From NCBI GenBank assembly GCA_964449345.1, contig CAYUYT010000001.1, positions 1 through 62,293 on the forward strand: a stretch of 62,293 bases of DNA, written 5' to 3'. This document shows, one piece after another, positions 35,457 to 45,489 of this stretch; the first letter of the stretch is position 1; every line of letters starts with the position of its first letter. The notes under the pieces are model-generated. The model was not told the DNA's origin. It did not search any database and saw only the letters and a program-made list of their open reading frames with translations. The position numbers and the translations under genes were made by a program. The DNA is from an uncultured Spirochaetia bacterium. Its GTDB lineage: Bacteria > Spirochaetota > CALGPD01.

Positions 35457-36383
35457 ATGATTTCGAAAACAATTATGTTAAATAGAAAAAATTATAATGC
35501 CAATATATACTTTGTCGGATTAATTTTGATAATGTTTGTTATGGAAAATTTTTTCCGGCAATTTTTTATCAAAGAATTAACATTAACGTATAATGCTTTC
35601 CCGAAAATATGGCAATTTTTTACTTACGCTTTTTATACCGGACTTGATATAACGAAAGCGGGATTTAGTCAGCTAAATATACTGTGGTTTATTTTTCACG
35701 TTTTAATTGCTTTTTGGTTTGGGAGAATGTTAGAGGCATATTTAGGTACATACAGATATATCATATTTTTAGTGTTAACCTTATTAGGAGAATCCCTCGT
35801 TGTTTACGCATACAGAGATTATATTTTAATAACCGGGGGAACGTATTCAAGAGGCATTTTTGACCTTGCAATAATGATGATGTTCGGATTGACTTTTCCT
35901 AGAGAAGAAATCTACGTATTTTTCATTATCAGGGTAAGGGTTCTGATTCTTGCAATAATTTATTATCTTTGGTATTTGTTCGGGGTATTCCAAATCTGGA
36001 ATAGAAGTTTTTTTGAAATTGTAGTTATCCTGTCAATATTTTTAGGAAGTTCCCTTGGAATTATTGTTTTCAAAATTGCAGGAAACGTTTTAAAAGGCGT
36101 TAAAACGGGAACAAATAAACTTGTTAACAACATAAAAGAGAAAAAAAACATAACCCGGTCAGAAGAAGAATACGATTTATTTTTGCGTATTAAACAAAAG
36201 CTTGAGTACGGCAAGATTTTAAGCTCAAGAGAAAGAAAATACCTTGAATCATTAAAAAAAACAGAACCGGAAGGCAATTTATGCATGGAAGAAGATTTTG
36301 AACCGGAAACAGAGCTTTGTAAAAACTGCGCAAATTACGGTTTATGCATAAAACGTTTTCTTGACAACCACATTATTAAATAA
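35457..36383 (+). CDS. Rhomboid-like membrane protein with C-terminal Cys-rich tail
   Basis: It has IWQFFTYAFYTG, GRMLEAYLGTYRYIIFLVL and GGTYSRGIFDL in the rhomboid helix order, but I see no clear GxSG/His dyad. The C-terminus reads C-x12-CxxC-x5-C. Confidence 0.4.
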   Translation: MISKTIMLNRKNYNANIYFVGLILIMFVMENFFRQFFIKELTLTYNAFPKIWQFFTYAFYTGLDITKAGFSQLNILWFIFHVLIAFWFGRMLEAYLGTYRYIIFLVLTLLGESLVVYAYRDYILITGGTYSRGIFDLAIMMMFGLTFPREEIYVFFIIRVRVLILAIIYYLWYLFGVFQIWNRSFFEIVVILSIFLGSSLGIIVFKIAGNVLKGVKTGTNKLVNNIKEKKNITRSEEEYDLFLRIKQKLEYGKILSSRERKYLESLKKTEPEGNLCMEEDFEPETELCKNCANYGLCIKRFLDNHIIK

Positions 36384-36552
36384 TAACCATATTAACGCGA
36401 AATTCGATTTAACTTTATTTTAATAAACTAATCTTTTCTATTTTATTAAGTGGCTGCTTTGTCCTATATCGCCTCTGTAATTGATAATATTATACTAATT
36501 TGCGTTAAAATATAAAAACTTATTCTATTTTATTCCTTTTGATTTTGATAAA

Positions 36553-36618
36553 GTAGGGCTTGAAGAAAGGCAAATCCCCCTTCGACTAAATAGGGACTTG
36601 CAGAAAAGAGAAAACGAA
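36553..36618 (+). repeat. Partial copy (C) of the dispersed repeat core
   Basis: gtagggcttgaagaaaggcaaatcccccttcgactaaatagggacttgcagaaaagagaaa resembles atgggggacttgaagaggagaaatccccc plus atcccccttcgaataat at 62165-62211. Confidence 0.6.
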
Positions 36619-36625
36619 CACATTG

Positions 36626-36655
36626 TAGAGGCGACAATGGCCATTGTCGCCTCTA
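36626..36655. repeat. Perfect 30-nt palindrome (AGAGGCG-stem family)
   Basis: TAGAGGCGACAATGG (36626-36640) is the exact reverse complement of CCATTGTCGCCTCTA (36641-36655). Confidence 0.9.
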
Positions 36656-36657
36656 TT

Positions 36658-36676
36658 GGCAGGTAACGTACCTGCC
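36658..36676. repeat. Hairpin with 8-bp stem
   Basis: GGCAGGTA-acg-TACCTGCC. Confidence 0.8.
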
Positions 36677-36797
36677 CCTACGGCTAGCTATCTTAAATTC
36701 ATAATCACAACGTATAAAAAAATACCTCCCTCTTTACTTAAAGGGGGCAGAAGAAGAACGATATTTGAGGTATACTAATAATACTTTAAATTTTATG

Positions 36798-36823
36798 CAA
36801 CCGACACTTTAAAGTGTCGGTTG
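36798..36823. repeat. Perfect 26-nt palindrome
   Basis: CAACCGACACTTT (36798-36810) pairs with AAAGTGTCGGTTG (36811-36823). Confidence 0.9.
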
Positions 36824-36918
36824 AAAAGCAATTACAATATACAATACTTTGATTTTAAAATCACTTTAGTATAAAACGCAGGGGGATTTCCTATCTTTCG
36901 GATATTTAAATAATGTAA

Positions 36919-37818
36919 TTAAACGCGTTTTTCCCTCTTAAAATGAAAAAAGAAAAGTAAAGCGCTATAAGTAACGTGGTTTCCGATGATAGCGAGTACA
37001 CAGGGAATAGTAGAAGCATGTCCGAAATTTATAAGCGCAACGATTAAAGCAAGCTGAGTATTTTTTGAAGCGCTAATTACAGTAATTGTTTCTACACCGG
37101 TTTTAAAAAACGCTTTTCCTGCGATATAAGCAAAAAAGGCTTGAACAAAATATTGCGCAAGAACGGCTAAAAATAAAAACGACATTTTATAATTAATGCT
37201 AATGCTCTCACTTGCGCTTGCAACGGCAACGTAAATTAATATAAAAAGAAAACTTATACTAAATAAAAAAGAATATTTTCGAACACTTTTTAAATATTTT
37301 TGACTTACAAATTTATGCACGATTTTTGATGTTGCCCATGGAACTAAAATCAAATAGCAAAGTTTTAAAATCAATCCGGGCACATCGAATTCTATTTTCG
37401 TTTTGAAAAACAAATACGTAATAACGGGAACGGTTACAACAGCGGCTAACGTAAAAACGAATAAATTAGAAATAACGAGTTTTTTATCGCCATTTTTCAA
37501 CAAATCAATCAGTCCCGTCATGGAAAAACCGGTAGGAGCAATTGCAATTAAGAACAACCCCACTCTATAATCAAAACGGAAAAAACTTTTAAAAACGAAA
37601 AAGGAAAAAAAAGGCATTAAAATTAATGATATTATACCGTACGCTATTATTTCAGTGCGTTTTAAATCGGAAATCTTAAAATCTTCTTTCAGAAAACCAA
37701 TAAATAGAATAAAAGCCAAAAGGTAAGGTATTAACCATTTAAGTTCTTTCCCCTGAGGAAAAATAAACCCTAAAATTATACTTATAAATATAACCGGATA
37801 AGAAATTAGACGAGTCAA
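36919..37818 (-). CDS. Multi-pass permease, BASS/AEC-like (putative)
   Basis: About 9-10 hydrophobic helices, with SASKNTQLALIVA resembling the BASS-type xKN..LA motif. TTG start overlaps the upstream HAD gene stop (TTGA). Confidence 0.45.
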   Translation of the reverse strand: MTRLISYPVIFISIILGFIFPQGKELKWLIPYLLAFILFIGFLKEDFKISDLKRTEIIAYGIISLILMPFFSFFVFKSFFRFDYRVGLFLIAIAPTGFSMTGLIDLLKNGDKKLVISNLFVFTLAAVVTVPVITYLFFKTKIEFDVPGLILKLCYLILVPWATSKIVHKFVSQKYLKSVRKYSFLFSISFLFILIYVAVASASESISINYKMSFLFLAVLAQYFVQAFFAYIAGKAFFKTGVETITVISASKNTQLALIVALINFGHASTIPCVLAIIGNHVTYSALLFFFHFKREKRV

Positions 37819-38483
37819 ACTTCAACTCCAAGTAAACGAAGGATTTCTTGGTGAGAATTTACAACGTAATCTGCGCCTGCATTGTATAATGTCTTTTCGT
37901 TTAACGTCGTTGTTATTGCGCATGTATAAACACCTGCGCCTTTTGCGCTTTTTATTCCATATGGAGCGTTTTCAATACATACGCATTCACCGGGAGATAA
38001 TTTAAGCATTTCATACGCTTTGATAAACGACATGGGGTGCGGTTTTCCTTTAGTAACCATATCGCTATTAACAACCGCATTAAAATATTTTGCAAGTTGA
38101 AAATCGTTCAAAACTCTGTTTACATTATACTTTGTACTGCCTGAAACAATAGCAAGTTTATATTTTTCTTTAAGTTTTTCCAAAACAGTATAAATTTCTT
38201 TAAACGGTAAAGGATTATAATTATTCCAGTAATGAGAAATTTTTTCGTCAAGTACGTTTTGCATACTTTCATTGCTAATTTGCAAACCGTTTATTTGATA
38301 TATCTCATGAATTAACCGGGCAGGCTTAATCCCCTCTCTTTTGTAAATTTCGCTTTGCCTTATATTAATTCCTTTTTGCTTAAAAATATGCACCCAGCAT
38401 TTTGCATGGTGTTTCATTGAGTCTATTATAACACCGTCCATATCAAATAGTATTGCTTTTACGTTTTTTATATCAGGTTTCAT
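37815..38483 (-). CDS. HAD hydrolase, beta-phosphoglucomutase-like subfamily
   Basis: The internal start is MKPDIKNVKAILFDMDGVIIDS (DxDG motif I). AIVSGS is motif II and ENAPYGIKSAKGAG is motif III/IV. Confidence 0.8.
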   Translation of the reverse strand: MKPDIKNVKAILFDMDGVIIDSMKHHAKCWVHIFKQKGINIRQSEIYKREGIKPARLIHEIYQINGLQISNESMQNVLDEKISHYWNNYNPLPFKEIYTVLEKLKEKYKLAIVSGSTKYNVNRVLNDFQLAKYFNAVVNSDMVTKGKPHPMSFIKAYEMLKLSPGECVCIENAPYGIKSAKGAGVYTCAITTTLNEKTLYNAGADYVVNSHQEILRLLGVEV

Positions 38484-38612
38484 AAAAATCCTTTCTATTT
38501 TTTCGTTTATATTGTAAAATATATTAAAGAATAATTGCATCTAATTTTTACGTATATAAAAATTAGACTGTTGACATTTTATGTCTATTTTAATATAACT
38601 TTAATTGTTTTT

Positions 38613-40946
38613 ATGGATAAACAAAAATTAACAACTCTTGAACTTATATCTGGTATTATTGCAAACTCGCATAATTTAAATGAAACGTTAAAAAGTATTG
38701 TGCGTTTGGTTAAATCCAGAATTAAAAGTGAAGTTTGCTCAATTTACCTGCTTGATGAATATGAGGATTTACTTGTATTAAAAGCAACAGTGGGGCTTAA
38801 TCAGGACGCTGTTGATAAAGTAAAACTTCCCGTTGATAAGGGGCTTGTCGGGGAAGTGTTACGCACTAAAGTAACGCTAAGCGCGCCTGTGGCTGCTGAC
38901 CATCAGGCTTTTGAATATATTCCCGAAACAGGCGAAAAAAAGTTTACATCTTTTCTCGGTGTGCCTCTATTCGACAGGGGTAAAGTCATTGGTGTTTTAA
39001 CCGTACAGACTAAAAAGAAATACGATTTTACCGAGCAGGAAATAAAACTCATTAATACTATTGCAGGTCAAATTTCTCTGGTAATTGTTAACGCGAAATT
39101 ACTAGAATTTATTAATTCTCAAAAAGAAGAATTGCAGCAGGAAAAAAAAGCAATTGACGAATTAAAACGCAAAAAAAAGACTCAAGACAGGGAAAACATT
39201 CGCTTAATCGGGGTGCCTGCGTCTAAGGGTGTTTCCGTTGGCCGTGCGCATTTTTTAAAAGCAAAAGTAGATATTGATTCTGTTACAGATGACAAATCCC
39301 ATGACCCGAAAGTAGAATGGGAAAAATATCTTGACGCCATTGACAAGTCTAAACTTCAGCTTGTTCAGCTTGAACTGGATATTTCTAAAGTTTTATCCGA
39401 AGAAGAGGGCAAAATTTTCCATACCCATCTAATGATACTTGAAGACACATCTTTTCACAATAAAATCCATGCCGAAGTTGACGATGGCTGGAAAGCCGAA
39501 ACAGCTGTTAGAAAAATCATTCACGAATATATTAACGCTTTCAAACAAATTGAAGATGAATATTTAAGAGAACGTTTAAATGACATACGCGATGTGGGAA
39601 ATCGCCTTTTATCTAATATTCTTAACAAATCAACAGGCGGGTATGAAATTCCCGATAAAAGCATCATCATTGCAAGGAGTTTAACTGCAACGGATATTGC
39701 GACCCTTGATGTAAAAAACGTAAAGGGCATTTTGTTAGAAAAAGGCGGAGCTATATCCCATACAACAATTCTTGCAAAATCATTCGGCATTCCCGTTGTA
39801 GCCGGGATTTCAAATATATTTTACATTGCCAGAGAAAAGGATAAAATTGCGATAGACGGCAATTCGGGCAATGTTTATATAAACCCGGATAAAAAAATAC
39901 TTGATGAATATAAACGCCTTGAAAAAGAATTTGACCAGATTGCGGATATATTTGAAACGAAAAAGGATGAAAAAGCCACCACCAAAGACGGCAGGGAATT
40001 AATCATAGGGGCAAACGTTGGTCTGTTATCCGAACTTGAACTAGCAAAAGAATACGGAGCAGAGGAAATCGGGCTTTACCGTTCAGAGTTTTCTTTTTCA
40101 ATTCGTGATAATTTTCCCACAGAAGACGAGCAATGCCGCTATTATAAAAGCATAATAACCAAATTCGACAAAGGAGCAGTTACTTTCCGTATTTTAGACA
40201 TAGGCGGAGACAAACACCTTCCTTATTTTAAAATCCCTAATGAAGAAAACCCGTTTCTTGGTTATAAATCAGTGCGTATTTTATTTAACGAAATTGAAAT
40301 CTTTAAAGCGCAAATAAAAGCAATTTTAAGAGCAAGCACGCAGGGCAAAGTAAAAATAATGTTTCCCATGATAACAAATCTTGAAGAAATTATTCACATA
40401 AAACGTATTTATGAACAATGCAAACTGGAACTACATAAAGACGGATATGAATTTAACGAAAATATTGAGCTCGGTGTAATGATAGAAGTTCCTTCTGCCG
40501 CTATAATATGTGATATGATTGCACAATACGTTGACTTTTTTTCAATAGGCACAAACGATTTAATCCAATATTTATTAGCCGTTGACCGTAACAACCGTAT
40601 TGTAGCTAAAATGTACCGCCCTCTGCATCCGGCAGTATTAAAAACCATAAAGCAAATAATTGACGTAGGACACGACGCGGGTATTTGGGTATCCATGTGC
40701 GGCGAAATGGCAGGGAATTATTTATATACACCTATGTTAACGGGAATGGGTCTTGATAAATTTCACATGTCTCCGTCCAATATCCCAATGGTCAAATTAA
40801 CCATGCTTGAAACGCATTATGAAAAAGCAAAACCCCTGGCAGACGAAATACTTACCATGAAAAGGCCAAAATATATTAGAAAACTCATTATTGAAAACCA
40901 CCCCCTTGATGTTGATGAATTAAGCTTCCACGTTGTATCCGAATGA
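38613..40946 (+). CDS. ptsP: GAF-domain phosphoenolpyruvate-protein phosphotransferase (EI-Ntr type)
   Basis: An N-terminal GAF domain (SEVCSIYLLDEYEDLLVLKATVGL...GVLTVQT) precedes an EI core with GGAISHTTILAKSFGIPVV and the PEP-utilising C-terminus (IGTNDLIQYLLAVDR, CGEMAG). I prefer the start at MDKQKL (38613) over 38535. Confidence 0.9.
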   Translation: MDKQKLTTLELISGIIANSHNLNETLKSIVRLVKSRIKSEVCSIYLLDEYEDLLVLKATVGLNQDAVDKVKLPVDKGLVGEVLRTKVTLSAPVAADHQAFEYIPETGEKKFTSFLGVPLFDRGKVIGVLTVQTKKKYDFTEQEIKLINTIAGQISLVIVNAKLLEFINSQKEELQQEKKAIDELKRKKKTQDRENIRLIGVPASKGVSVGRAHFLKAKVDIDSVTDDKSHDPKVEWEKYLDAIDKSKLQLVQLELDISKVLSEEEGKIFHTHLMILEDTSFHNKIHAEVDDGWKAETAVRKIIHEYINAFKQIEDEYLRERLNDIRDVGNRLLSNILNKSTGGYEIPDKSIIIARSLTATDIATLDVKNVKGILLEKGGAISHTTILAKSFGIPVVAGISNIFYIAREKDKIAIDGNSGNVYINPDKKILDEYKRLEKEFDQIADIFETKKDEKATTKDGRELIIGANVGLLSELELAKEYGAEEIGLYRSEFSFSIRDNFPTEDEQCRYYKSIITKFDKGAVTFRILDIGGDKHLPYFKIPNEENPFLGYKSVRILFNEIEIFKAQIKAILRASTQGKVKIMFPMITNLEEIIHIKRIYEQCKLELHKDGYEFNENIELGVMIEVPSAAIICDMIAQYVDFFSIGTNDLIQYLLAVDRNNRIVAKMYRPLHPAVLKTIKQIIDVGHDAGIWVSMCGEMAGNYLYTPMLTGMGLDKFHMSPSNIPMVKLTMLETHYEKAKPLADEILTMKRPKYIRKLIIENHPLDVDELSFHVVSE

Positions 40947-40991
40947 TTACTCTTAATATAATCCACAGTTATTCAAAAGCCCTGATTACAA

Positions 40992-41654
40992 TCAATACGT
41001 TTTTAGTTTGATTTCACCGTTAGTTATTTCAATGTAATCGGATTCATCATTAACGAAACAACCGGAATTATAATATTGCTCACTGCTTTCCGGTGTGTGT
41101 GAATGGCCTACAATTAGGGATTTATATTCAGGATGCTTTTCTAAATACGCTTTTGCTTTTTCCCGCATCTTGCCTTTTCGAATTTTTTTTCTGTCATATC
41201 CAAAAATTTTTTTTAAAATATCATTAACGTTCATTCTAAAAACGCGTTCCGTTAATGCAACTGACAAATTTAAAAAGTGATAAAAAAACGGAAAATAGCT
41301 AGTGTGTTCTCCGAAAGTATCACCATGAAAAATTATTATATCATTGTTCACAACTTTGCTTGTAAGTTCACTGTCTTCATCGTGGTTTCCCCGAAGCTTT
41401 ATTAATCTATCATTTTTATCCAGTTCTTCTAAAATACGGAATATTTCATCGTTGGTTTTTTTTACCCGTGCCTTGCGGTGTTTGGAATATTCAAAAAAAT
41501 CTCCGTTTAAAATCAAGACTGCATTAGTATTATCTAATACGTCTTGTAAAAACGGCACGAGTTTAGTGTAATTACATGCATCCATGCAGGTATGGCATCC
41601 TACATGCGCATCGCTTATAACAAAGTAATCAGCATCACTGTTTAATTTACCCAT
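40992..41654 (-). CDS. Metallophosphoesterase (calcineurin-like)
   Basis: The ordered motifs are VISDAHVG, LNGDFFE, RGNHDED, FHGD and VGHSHTP. Confidence 0.75.
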   Translation of the reverse strand: MGKLNSDADYFVISDAHVGCHTCMDACNYTKLVPFLQDVLDNTNAVLILNGDFFEYSKHRKARVKKTNDEIFRILEELDKNDRLIKLRGNHDEDSELTSKVVNNDIIIFHGDTFGEHTSYFPFFYHFLNLSVALTERVFRMNVNDILKKIFGYDRKKIRKGKMREKAKAYLEKHPEYKSLIVGHSHTPESSEQYYNSGCFVNDESDYIEITNGEIKLKTY

Positions 41655-42038
41655 TTACTTTTCCAAAACCACCATTGCAATTGCATATTCTTTAGTGTGG
41701 GACATGGAAAGGTGAATTTCCTTTATCCCGTTGTCTGTGAAATACGGTATCTCGCGTTTTAACCTGATTGACGGCTTGCCCTTTTCGTCAATATCAACGT
41801 TTATGTATTTTAGGTTTATATGCTTGATTACTCCCGTGCCTAAAGCTTTGACGAAAGCTTCTTTTGCCGCAAACCTTGCCGCCAAAGAACTCATTGCGCT
41901 TTTTTCGTTGCTTTTTGTCAATGCATAATCAATTTCCTTACGGGAAAAAATTCTATCTAAAAATTTCTGACCGTATTTTTTGTATAACGACTTGATACGG
42001 TTTATCTCAACCATATCAACCCCCGTACCAAAAACCAT
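41655..42038 (-). CDS. acpS: Holo-[acyl-carrier-protein] synthase
   Basis: GTGVDMVEINRI, RFAAKEAFVKALG and SMSHTKEYAIAMVVLE match AcpS. Length is 127 aa. Confidence 0.9.
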   Translation of the reverse strand: MVFGTGVDMVEINRIKSLYKKYGQKFLDRIFSRKEIDYALTKSNEKSAMSSLAARFAAKEAFVKALGTGVIKHINLKYINVDIDEKGKPSIRLKREIPYFTDNGIKEIHLSMSHTKEYAIAMVVLEK

Positions 42039-42500
42039 TAACTTTTCCTGATGTAAATATTGTATATAAAAAATTTAAAAAAATCAAGCCCCTTAAAGTA
42101 ATCGGGCGCAAGTATAATAATTTTACTGCAAAAAAAAGCAATTTAATACAAAAAAATAAAAATCAATGTATTAATAACAAAAAATACATAAACTCTTTTT
42201 AATATGCAAATTTTATTTCAAAACGGGTCGCAAGTTTGCAATTAACGTAAATTTAGATATAAATTATTATCCAAACATTTACCAGATTTTTCTTCTCATT
42301 ATAGAAAACATTGTGAGGTGTAGCCTCTATTTTTTTGTTTCATTTCAAACTTACGCTTATTTTATTAAATAATATTAGAAAACATATTTTATATTTGAAT
42401 TAGTAAGTAAATTTCGTTATAAAATATAATGTATAGGATACTATTTCACGTTATCTACGAATTTGTTATATGGCTAAATAATATTAACCAGGATTAATCA

Positions 42501-45476
42501 GTGAGCGGCAAATTAGAATCAGTACCGGACAGTCAATACATTAAGAACCTATATTTAAGAATAATTTTTGCGAATATAATTATTCAGTTTATTTTTTACA
42601 ATATTAACTTATTCATTTCAAGTATTTTTGATTCATATACAAACTTAAATTTTGTAAGTAAATTCATTAAAAGTTATTTAAGTATTTCCGTTCCGCTTTA
42701 TTTTATTTTCACAATTATTTTATCTTTAATAATTCTGAAAATTGTTTGGCCCCTTATTAAATACGTTAAAACGCATCAGGGTTATGATAAAGCAAGAATA
42801 GCAACCGTCCGCCTGCCGTGGATTTTAATTATAATCTATATAATTGCATGGACAATAGGGTCTATTACTTCATTAATTTTTAGCAGTGAAAATTATCCCC
42901 TTGCTTATTACGTTCTTGAAGGGTTTAGGGATGTTAGCACAGGGTTAATAGCCACGGTTTTTACAATATTCTATTTAAAAAATTCAATGATTGAAATAAA
43001 GCGAAAATTAAACATTAACACTATAAACAAAGGGGAATACGATAATTTTTATAAATATAAATCCTATTTTGTGGTCTTGCCGTTGCTTCTTTATTCCATA
43101 TCAAATTTTTCCTATATTATGTATTATTTTAACTATAAAGGGCAAAATACTAATACAATATCCGAGTTATTAACAACGGTTTTAATTTTAAGTTCATACC
43201 TCATAATCATTTCTATAATACTAACAACTATTTCAAAAATCGAAGATAGAAAGCAAACAGAAATCGTTATAGATAAACTTGACGATTTAATAAATGAACG
43301 CGGAAGTCTGAAAGAAAAACTCGTTATTTTAAATTTCCACGATTTCGGAAGGGTTACGCAAAAAGTTAACGAGTTAACGGAAAAAATATCCAAGCAAAAG
43401 GATTTACTCGAGGATAAAGTAAAAGAGCGGACATCCGAATTAAAGCTTGCATATGAACAATTAAAAGAATTCGACCAGCTTAAAACAAATTTTTTCGCAA
43501 ACGTATCTCATGAAATTAGAACGCCCCTAACATTAATTTTAACACCAATAGAATCAATCATTGACGGTGATTTTAAAGACGAGGTGGATATTAATTTTTT
43601 CATTAAGCTGTATAAAAACGCAACAAAATTATTAAATTTAATTAATGACCTTTTGGATTTTTCAAAAATTGAAGCGGGGAAAATCAAGCTAAAAATAACG
43701 GAAATTAATTTGCAAGACTTGATTCAAAGCCAGGTAGATTTGATGAAAAATCATTGTATGAGCAAAAACATCGAATTAAATTTTTTTACAGGGAATGAAT
43801 ATTTACCCGTATTTGCAGACAAATTAAAGCTTGAAAAGGTTTTCATCAATTTATTATCAAACGCTCTGAAATTTACCCCGCAAAAAGGTAACATAGAGAT
43901 TAAAATTAAAAACAATAAAAAAAATTATTTAATCTCAGTTAAAGATAACGGCATCGGCATTCCTCAAAACAAAATACACAAAATATTTGATAGGTTTTGT
44001 CAAATTGAAAACGATTTACACGGTGATTTCACAGGAACGGGTTTAGGTCTTTCCATTATCAAGGAATTCATTGAAATGCACAACGGAAAAATAACTGTTT
44101 TTAGCAGAGATATTAAACACGCGCCGGAAAATCACGGCACAGAGTTTAAAATAACGCTTTTAAAAGGCAAGGAACACTTTAAAAATAAACAATTCGTTGA
44201 GTTTGCAGAAGAACAAGTATTTTTTAATAACAAAAAAATAGAAACTCCTAAGATTAATTCCCTTAATTATGAACAACCATTTAAGCAAGATAAAGAAAAA
44301 TACGGTAAAAGTCTAGGTCATAAAATTTTAGTGGTTGAAGATAATGAAGATATGCGGGAATTAATTAATTTTTATCTGGAAAATGAGTACAAATTATCGT
44401 TTGCAGAAAACGGAAAAATAGGCATTGAAATCGCAAGAAAAATCCTTCCTGATTTAATTATAACGGATATAATGATGCCGGTGATGGACGGATTTGAGAT
44501 GGCGGCAAGAATAAAACAAGATGATTTAACAAAAACCATTCCCGTTTTGATGTTGACTGCCAAAGCCAATATTGAAAACAAAGTACATGGATTTGAATAC
44601 GGGGCGGATGATTATTTAACTAAACCCTTTAACTACAAAGAATTATATGCAAGAATAACGTCCTTATTAAAAATAAATCAGCTTCAAAAAAAATTAGAAA
44701 AAGCAAATATAAATTTACACGATAAAGTTGAAGAATTGCTTGAAAAGGAACGAATAATTAATAACGACCTTTTAATCGCAAAAACAATCCAGCAAAATAT
44801 ATTGTCTCAAGGCATAGATGAAAACGAAAGAATCAGTACTGTAATAAAATATTTGCCTCAATACGAAGTTGGCGGTGATTTTTATAATATTTTTGAATTA
44901 CGAAAAAACGTATTTCGCTTTTTCATTGCAGACGCTACGGGGCACGGTATTCCTGCCGCATTAACAACCATGCTCATTAAAAGTGAATACGAAAAAATGA
45001 AAGTATTTGAACTTGAACCCGGCATTATTTTAACATTATTGAACGAAACATTTGTTCAGCAGTATTACAATATTAGTCTGTTTTTTTCCTGTTTTATTAT
45101 GGATATTGACCTTGAAAACAATTCTTGCAGTTACGCTTCTGCCGGACATCCTGAAATGTATTTAAAAAACCACAATGAAATTATTTCCCTTTATAGTTCT
45201 GGCGGATTAATCGGCATCAAAAAAGAACCTACTTATCAAACAGCAGATATTAATATTAAAAAAGGAAATACAATATACCTTTTTACCGATGGAATTATTG
45301 AACAAACTGATAATAATAATAAAGAATTCGGCGAAATAAACATTAAAAATATTATTCAAAAAGCAAACGCAAATATAAACTCTACGGTGGAAAAAATTGT
45401 AAATTCGCTATTAAACCATGCCCAGGATGAAAAACTTTCTGACGATATTATGCTAATCGGAGTAGAAATATTATGA
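42501..45476 (+). CDS. Membrane sensor histidine kinase fused to a receiver and a SpoIIE/PP2C phosphatase
   Basis: There are 6 or more N-terminal TM segments and a coiled coil. HisKA is FFANVSHEIRTPL and HATPase is NALKFT...DNGIGI...GTGLGLSI. REC is ILVVEDNEDMRE...LIITDIMMPVMDG...LTAK...KPF. SpoIIE is GGDFYNIF...FFIADATGHGIPAAL...DGIIE...DDIMLIGVE. GTG start. Confidence 0.85.
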   Translation: MSGKLESVPDSQYIKNLYLRIIFANIIIQFIFYNINLFISSIFDSYTNLNFVSKFIKSYLSISVPLYFIFTIILSLIILKIVWPLIKYVKTHQGYDKARIATVRLPWILIIIYIIAWTIGSITSLIFSSENYPLAYYVLEGFRDVSTGLIATVFTIFYLKNSMIEIKRKLNINTINKGEYDNFYKYKSYFVVLPLLLYSISNFSYIMYYFNYKGQNTNTISELLTTVLILSSYLIIISIILTTISKIEDRKQTEIVIDKLDDLINERGSLKEKLVILNFHDFGRVTQKVNELTEKISKQKDLLEDKVKERTSELKLAYEQLKEFDQLKTNFFANVSHEIRTPLTLILTPIESIIDGDFKDEVDINFFIKLYKNATKLLNLINDLLDFSKIEAGKIKLKITEINLQDLIQSQVDLMKNHCMSKNIELNFFTGNEYLPVFADKLKLEKVFINLLSNALKFTPQKGNIEIKIKNNKKNYLISVKDNGIGIPQNKIHKIFDRFCQIENDLHGDFTGTGLGLSIIKEFIEMHNGKITVFSRDIKHAPENHGTEFKITLLKGKEHFKNKQFVEFAEEQVFFNNKKIETPKINSLNYEQPFKQDKEKYGKSLGHKILVVEDNEDMRELINFYLENEYKLSFAENGKIGIEIARKILPDLIITDIMMPVMDGFEMAARIKQDDLTKTIPVLMLTAKANIENKVHGFEYGADDYLTKPFNYKELYARITSLLKINQLQKKLEKANINLHDKVEELLEKERIINNDLLIAKTIQQNILSQGIDENERISTVIKYLPQYEVGGDFYNIFELRKNVFRFFIADATGHGIPAALTTMLIKSEYEKMKVFELEPGIILTLLNETFVQQYYNISLFFSCFIMDIDLENNSCSYASAGHPEMYLKNHNEIISLYSSGGLIGIKKEPTYQTADINIKKGNTIYLFTDGIIEQTDNNNKEFGEINIKNIIQKANANINSTVEKIVNSLLNHAQDEKLSDDIMLIGVEIL

Positions 45477-45489
45477 TATGGAAAAATAT

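Noticed and set aside
42236-42337. A candidate small RNA: good TTGCAA-N17-ATAAAT promoter (42236-42264) followed about 50 nt later by GAGG-tgtag-CCTC plus T7.
   Set aside because: The terminator stem is only 4 bp, the predicted RNA has no other structure, and the hairpin may be a truncated member of the AGAGG/CCTCT repeat family.
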